Of a stretch of 26,058 nt of DNA, positions 23,147 to 26,058 are shown piece by piece. Each line of letters starts with the position of its first letter. Position 1 is the first letter of the stretch. Source of the stretch: a virus (lineage: Duplodnaviria > Caudoviricetes). The notes below the pieces were generated by a model. The model worked only from the letters and a program-made list of their open reading frames with translations. It had not been told where the DNA came from and made no database searches. The stretch lies in IMG/VR virus record IMGVR_UViG_3300017937_000004, positions 1 to 26,058 of that record. The stretch is one strand, 5' to 3'. The position numbers and the translations under genes were made by a program.

Positions 23147-23910
23147 GCTGCATTCCTCCGCAGCGCTGCCTCGTACTGATCCACGAACGCAGCGAATTCA
23201 ATCAAATCTCGCTCCATCGCTTCAATAAAGGCGTCGTCGCGCTTGACCTCGACCAGCGTGAATTGGCGGCCGGCAGAAGCCAGCGCGGGGCAGTATAGGC
23301 CGACGTGCCACCAATTGCGCCCGCACAGCCACATGCATCCCTGAGCCTGCTCCATCACGTCGGTAACGTCTCCGTCGAGAAGGATAGGGCGCAGCTTGCC
23401 TGGATCAACGAAGCACTTGTACTCGCTACCGCCATCCGGGTCGAGCAAGCCGTCAGCGCTCGCTCCGAATACGCCGTCGTCGGTTGTCACGAAGCCGACG
23501 CGCTCGACGAGCAACCCGGTTTGCGCTTCGTGCTCCATGCGGGCCTCGGGTTCCAGTTCGTGACCGCGGCGCATGCTCCACGTCTCGAAACCCTCGTCGA
23601 GCGGTTGCCCGCTGATACGCTCGATTGCCAGCCGAAAGGCGTAGTCCTTCGCGGCATCAGACCAATCGCCGATCTTCTCTCCCCTAAGGGCGCGCGTGAT
23701 GATGTCGGACTTCGGAATGGCCTTGTACCCGGCTTCGTCTGCCGCCGTCGTCTCAGGTTTGCCGACGAGTCTCAGCGACACATACTTCGCCTGTTGCTCA
23801 TTAAGACAACCGACCTTCTTGCGCACCGTCGAGAACATGCTGGCGGTGATTACGCCACTTCTGGCCGCTTTCCAAGAATCCGAGCCCTGTTCGCAGTGGT
23901 GAAGTCTCAC
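23143..23910 (-). CDS. YqaJ / lambda-exonuclease-family recombination nuclease
   Basis: GTG start at 23910 (SD GGAGG, GTGA overlap); EQGSDSWKAARSGVITAS, MRRGHELEPEAR, GASADGL, EYKC, QAQGCMW motifs. Confidence 0.9.
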   Translation of the reverse strand: MRLHHCEQGSDSWKAARSGVITASMFSTVRKKVGCLNEQQAKYVSLRLVGKPETTAADEAGYKAIPKSDIITRALRGEKIGDWSDAAKDYAFRLAIERISGQPLDEGFETWSMRRGHELEPEARMEHEAQTGLLVERVGFVTTDDGVFGASADGLLDPDGGSEYKCFVDPGKLRPILLDGDVTDVMEQAQGCMWLCGRNWWHVGLYCPALASAGRQFTLVEVKRDDAFIEAMERDLIEFAAFVDQYEAALRRNAA

Positions 23911-24764
23911 TTTTCCTCCGCAGCCTTGAAGTCGGCGATCTTGCCTTCGACAGCCTTCTTTACCTCGTTGAAAGCCGGAGTGTCCTTTGTCGCGCGAAGC
24001 TCCGGCGCGGCCTGCGCCCACAGACTCCGCACATCTTGCTCAGTCTTGGCACCCGCGACCGATTTCCTCCACTTGTCGACCAATGCTTGCACATCGCCAT
24101 TCCTTTGTGCGCCTTGACCGCCGCGCCCGTCGTCATCGTCTTCCTGCTCGGAAAGGCCGGTGATCGCCTTGAGGGTATACCTTTCAAGGTACGTCTTAGT
24201 GCTCGCTCGCGCCTGGATGGTATTCTTCGCGCCGCCAGTGTCGGGCGGGCCGCCCATCGATACGCTTTCCTCGTGGCCGTTGACGTGGCGTAGATAACAG
24301 GTCACCTCCATCCAGTCGCGATCATCCTTAGTGAGCTTCCAGGATGATGACAATCCATGCTTGGAGAGAGCCGGCGTAACGGCATTCACCACGTGATGAA
24401 GCTCGGCATAGCTCTTGCCCTTGAGCGGACCATCCTTGACCTCGCGCCCCCTCAGAATCACGACTGCCTCGGCCTTAAACGCCGCGAATGCCGCGTCGAA
24501 TGCGCGCTTCGCCTCCTTCGCTTCCCAGCGCTCTTGCAAGTCCATCAGCTTTTCGAGCTTTTCCAGATCCGCACCCTTGTCGATAGCGATGCGCAGCAGA
24601 TCGGCCGGCGTCGCCGACGCCTGAGCGAGCGCGACAGGCTGCGCCGGCCGATGCGCGAGGGGTGCCGACTTCACTTCTTCGACTTCGCCAACATCCGCCA
24701 TCGTCATTTCGATTGTTTGGTTCACATCATCACCTTCGCAAGCATGTTGACAATCCAAGCTCAT
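23907..24764 (-). CDS. erf: ERF-family single-strand annealing protein
   Basis: YAELHHVVNAVTPALSKHGL, LRHVNGHEES, IQARASTKTYLERYTLKAITGL..EDDDG; alternative GTG start at 24725. Confidence 0.88.
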   Translation of the reverse strand: MSLDCQHACEGDDVNQTIEMTMADVGEVEEVKSAPLAHRPAQPVALAQASATPADLLRIAIDKGADLEKLEKLMDLQERWEAKEAKRAFDAAFAAFKAEAVVILRGREVKDGPLKGKSYAELHHVVNAVTPALSKHGLSSSWKLTKDDRDWMEVTCYLRHVNGHEESVSMGGPPDTGGAKNTIQARASTKTYLERYTLKAITGLSEQEDDDDGRGGQGAQRNGDVQALVDKWRKSVAGAKTEQDVRSLWAQAAPELRATKDTPAFNEVKKAVEGKIADFKAAEEK

Positions 24765-25108
24765 TTAGCGCGCCGAACATTCTCTGCACGACCGAGCATC
24801 GTGATATGCCGCTTCACCGCGGCCAGCGACTTGCGAGCCGTCTTGCGCATTTGAATCGCTTCGTGCGCGGCGAGGCAATGCGAACAAGTCGAAAGGTAGT
24901 CAGGTATGTCCTCCGGTTCCATGTAGACAGCCTCGGGCGGAAAACCCTGCATGTCTGGTTTGTAGGCTTCTTTCAGATGCGTCGTATTGAGGTCGCCATC
25001 TACGCCGTTGCAACGACCAATGCTTTCTCCGATGGTTCTCGTCAGGGCCTTGATTACGCCTGATAGGCGCGCATAGTCCGCGCATGCCTTGAGTGCCCTC
25101 TCGCTCAC
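24761..25108 (-). CDS. Hypothetical protein
   Basis: Overlaps both neighbours by 4 nt; CxxC motif. Confidence 0.7.
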   Translation of the reverse strand: MSERALKACADYARLSGVIKALTRTIGESIGRCNGVDGDLNTTHLKEAYKPDMQGFPPEAVYMEPEDIPDYLSTCSHCLAAHEAIQMRKTARKSLAAVKRHITMLGRAENVRRAK

Positions 25109-25299
25109 GTCAACCCCCTTGCAAGCACATCAACAATCCACGCTGTCATAAGAACAACACCAGCCTGCGCAGCACAGTAGGCAGCAATCTCACCGATTAC
25201 CGATGCCTCAGTCTTGCGCTTGAGGGCGTTGTCGTTGGCGGCTCGGCGTAATCCTTCTCGCGAGAGCGTCACAACGACGCCCGAGTCTGTGTGGCGCAT
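25105..25299 (-). CDS. Small protein with C-terminal hydrophobic helix
   Basis: SD GGGGG; AANDN motif followed by a hydrophobic stretch. Confidence 0.6.
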   Translation of the reverse strand: MRHTDSGVVVTLSREGLRRAANDNALKRKTEASVIGEIAAYCAAQAGVVLMTAWIVDVLARGLT

Positions 25300-25300
25300 G

Positions 25301-25579
25301 TCACACCCCCTTAATCACATCAGCCACATCCCGGCCCGTTGCGCGAGCTATTGCCGCCGCACACATCGCTTGCAAGCCCGATTGCAAGCCGGGCGTTGCG
25401 AGTACTTCTTGTAGAGCGGTGAGCATGTCACCGCTCGCCGCGAACTGCCGCGCGTACTTGGCACCGTGCGGCGTTCTTGAGCAGTCTGCGATCAGCCATC
25501 CGGCGCCGTCTTCGGCGGTGCGCTTCGTGCGCACGTACCAGCCGCATGCCTCAAGTTCAGGCACTTTGTGTTCACTCAC
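25301..25579 (-). CDS. Hypothetical phage protein (ARxxAAxxD(M/L)LxAL type)
   Basis: Start moved to GTG 25579 (SD GGAGGT); IADC...YARQFAASGDMLTALQEV. Confidence 0.65.
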   Translation of the reverse strand: MSEHKVPELEACGWYVRTKRTAEDGAGWLIADCSRTPHGAKYARQFAASGDMLTALQEVLATPGLQSGLQAMCAAAIARATGRDVADVIKGV

Positions 25580-25632
25580 ATCAACCTCCAATAAGCGCCG
25601 CAACCAAGCGGCAGTGTTTAGTTTCGCTCATG

Positions 25633-26058
25633 TCATTCCACCTCGACTGGCTCGCCCTTGGCGTCCAGCATGTAGAACTGATCCGGCTTGATCCCGTCTT
25701 GACCGACGATCAGTGCGCGGGCAAATAGAATCCGGGCGTAGTCTTCAGTCTTTTCGCTTCGGCTCACGAGGAATAGCGCCGCGCCTTCGATACCCTTGGC
25801 TTTCCCGTATAAGCCAGAGGCCATAGCGGTAGAGTTCTTGCCGCTGGCCGTGGCCGCGCCGCTGTTGCCGCTGGCCGTGGCCGCGCCGCTGTTGCCGCTG
25901 GCCGTGGCCGCGCCGCTGTCGCCGCTGGCCGTGGCCGCGCCGCTGTAGCCGCTGGCCGTGGCCGCGCCGCTGTCGCCGCTGGCCGTGGCCGCGCCGCTGT
26001 AGCCGCTGGCCGTGGCCGCGCCGCTGTAGCCGCTGGCCGTGGCCGCGCCGCTGTAGCC
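25633..26058 (-). CDS. Phage protein with 9-aa SG(Y/D/N)SGAATA repeats (5'-truncated by window)
   Basis: Frame is open to the window end; C-terminal A.ASG..GKAKG..GAALFL...VGQDGIKPDQFYML..KGEPVEVE. Confidence 0.8.
   Translation of the reverse strand, partial: GYSGAATASGYSGAATASGYSGAATASGDSGAATASGYSGAATASGDSGAATASGNSGAATASGNSGAATASGKNSTAMASGLYGKAKGIEGAALFLVSRSEKTEDYARILFARALIVGQDGIKPDQFYMLDAKGEPVEVE
25840..26058. repeat. 27-bp tandem repeat, 8 full copies plus partial
   Basis: Unit GCCGCTGGCCGTGGCCGCGCCGCTGT(T/C/A); only the last base varies (T,T,C,A,C,A,A,A). Confidence 0.97.

Noticed and set aside
23911-24021. N-terminal extension of the exonuclease in the track
   Set aside because: Overlaps the ERF 3' end; SD and GTGA coupling support GTG 23910.
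25840-26058. CRISPR array or DGR template/variable repeat (AAC to TAC/GAC looks adenine-specific)
   Set aside because: Units are contiguous with no spacers, and there is no cas gene, reverse transcriptase or separate TR/VR pair in the window.
1-26058. tRNA, rRNA, IS elements, integrase or att sites
   Set aside because: None recognisable by eye; tRNAscan-SE and ISEScan would confirm.

Overview
About 26 kb of a GC-rich P22-like (Lederbergvirus-type architecture) podovirus or prophage, probably from a betaproteobacterial host (inferred from composition and protein style). The + strand (1-19307) carries the late operon: partial portal, scaffold, P22-type coat, head-tail adaptor (gp4-like), tail hub (gp10-like), small tail proteins, an Asp/Asn beta-hydroxylase-like oxygenase plus a GNAT, three ejection proteins (the last with a lytic transglycosylase domain), a beta-helix tailspike and a lysis cassette. 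The coat gene is flanked by two free-standing endonuclease genes (HNH and EndoVII type), each preceded by a sigma70-like promoter overlapping a hairpin. The - strand (19308-26058) is an early/accessory operon: ERF annealase, YqaJ/lambda-type exonuclease, NinB, many small ORFs, and a 27-bp tandem-repeat gene cut by the window end. Most notable: (i) two signal-peptide-bearing, 4-Cys structural-looking proteins inside the virion operon; (ii) a hydroxylase/GNAT pair in the tail module; (iii) an 82-nt hairpin covering the coat RBS and start codon; (iv) promoter-in-hairpin control of both endonucleases; (v) an unannotated divergent switch with a leaderless 59-aa regulator and repeated operators; (vi) a Gly-rich micro-peptide coupled to a DUF6948-like gene; (vii) a frameshifted lysis-associated gene. 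All family calls come from motif recognition and synteny; no database search was run.
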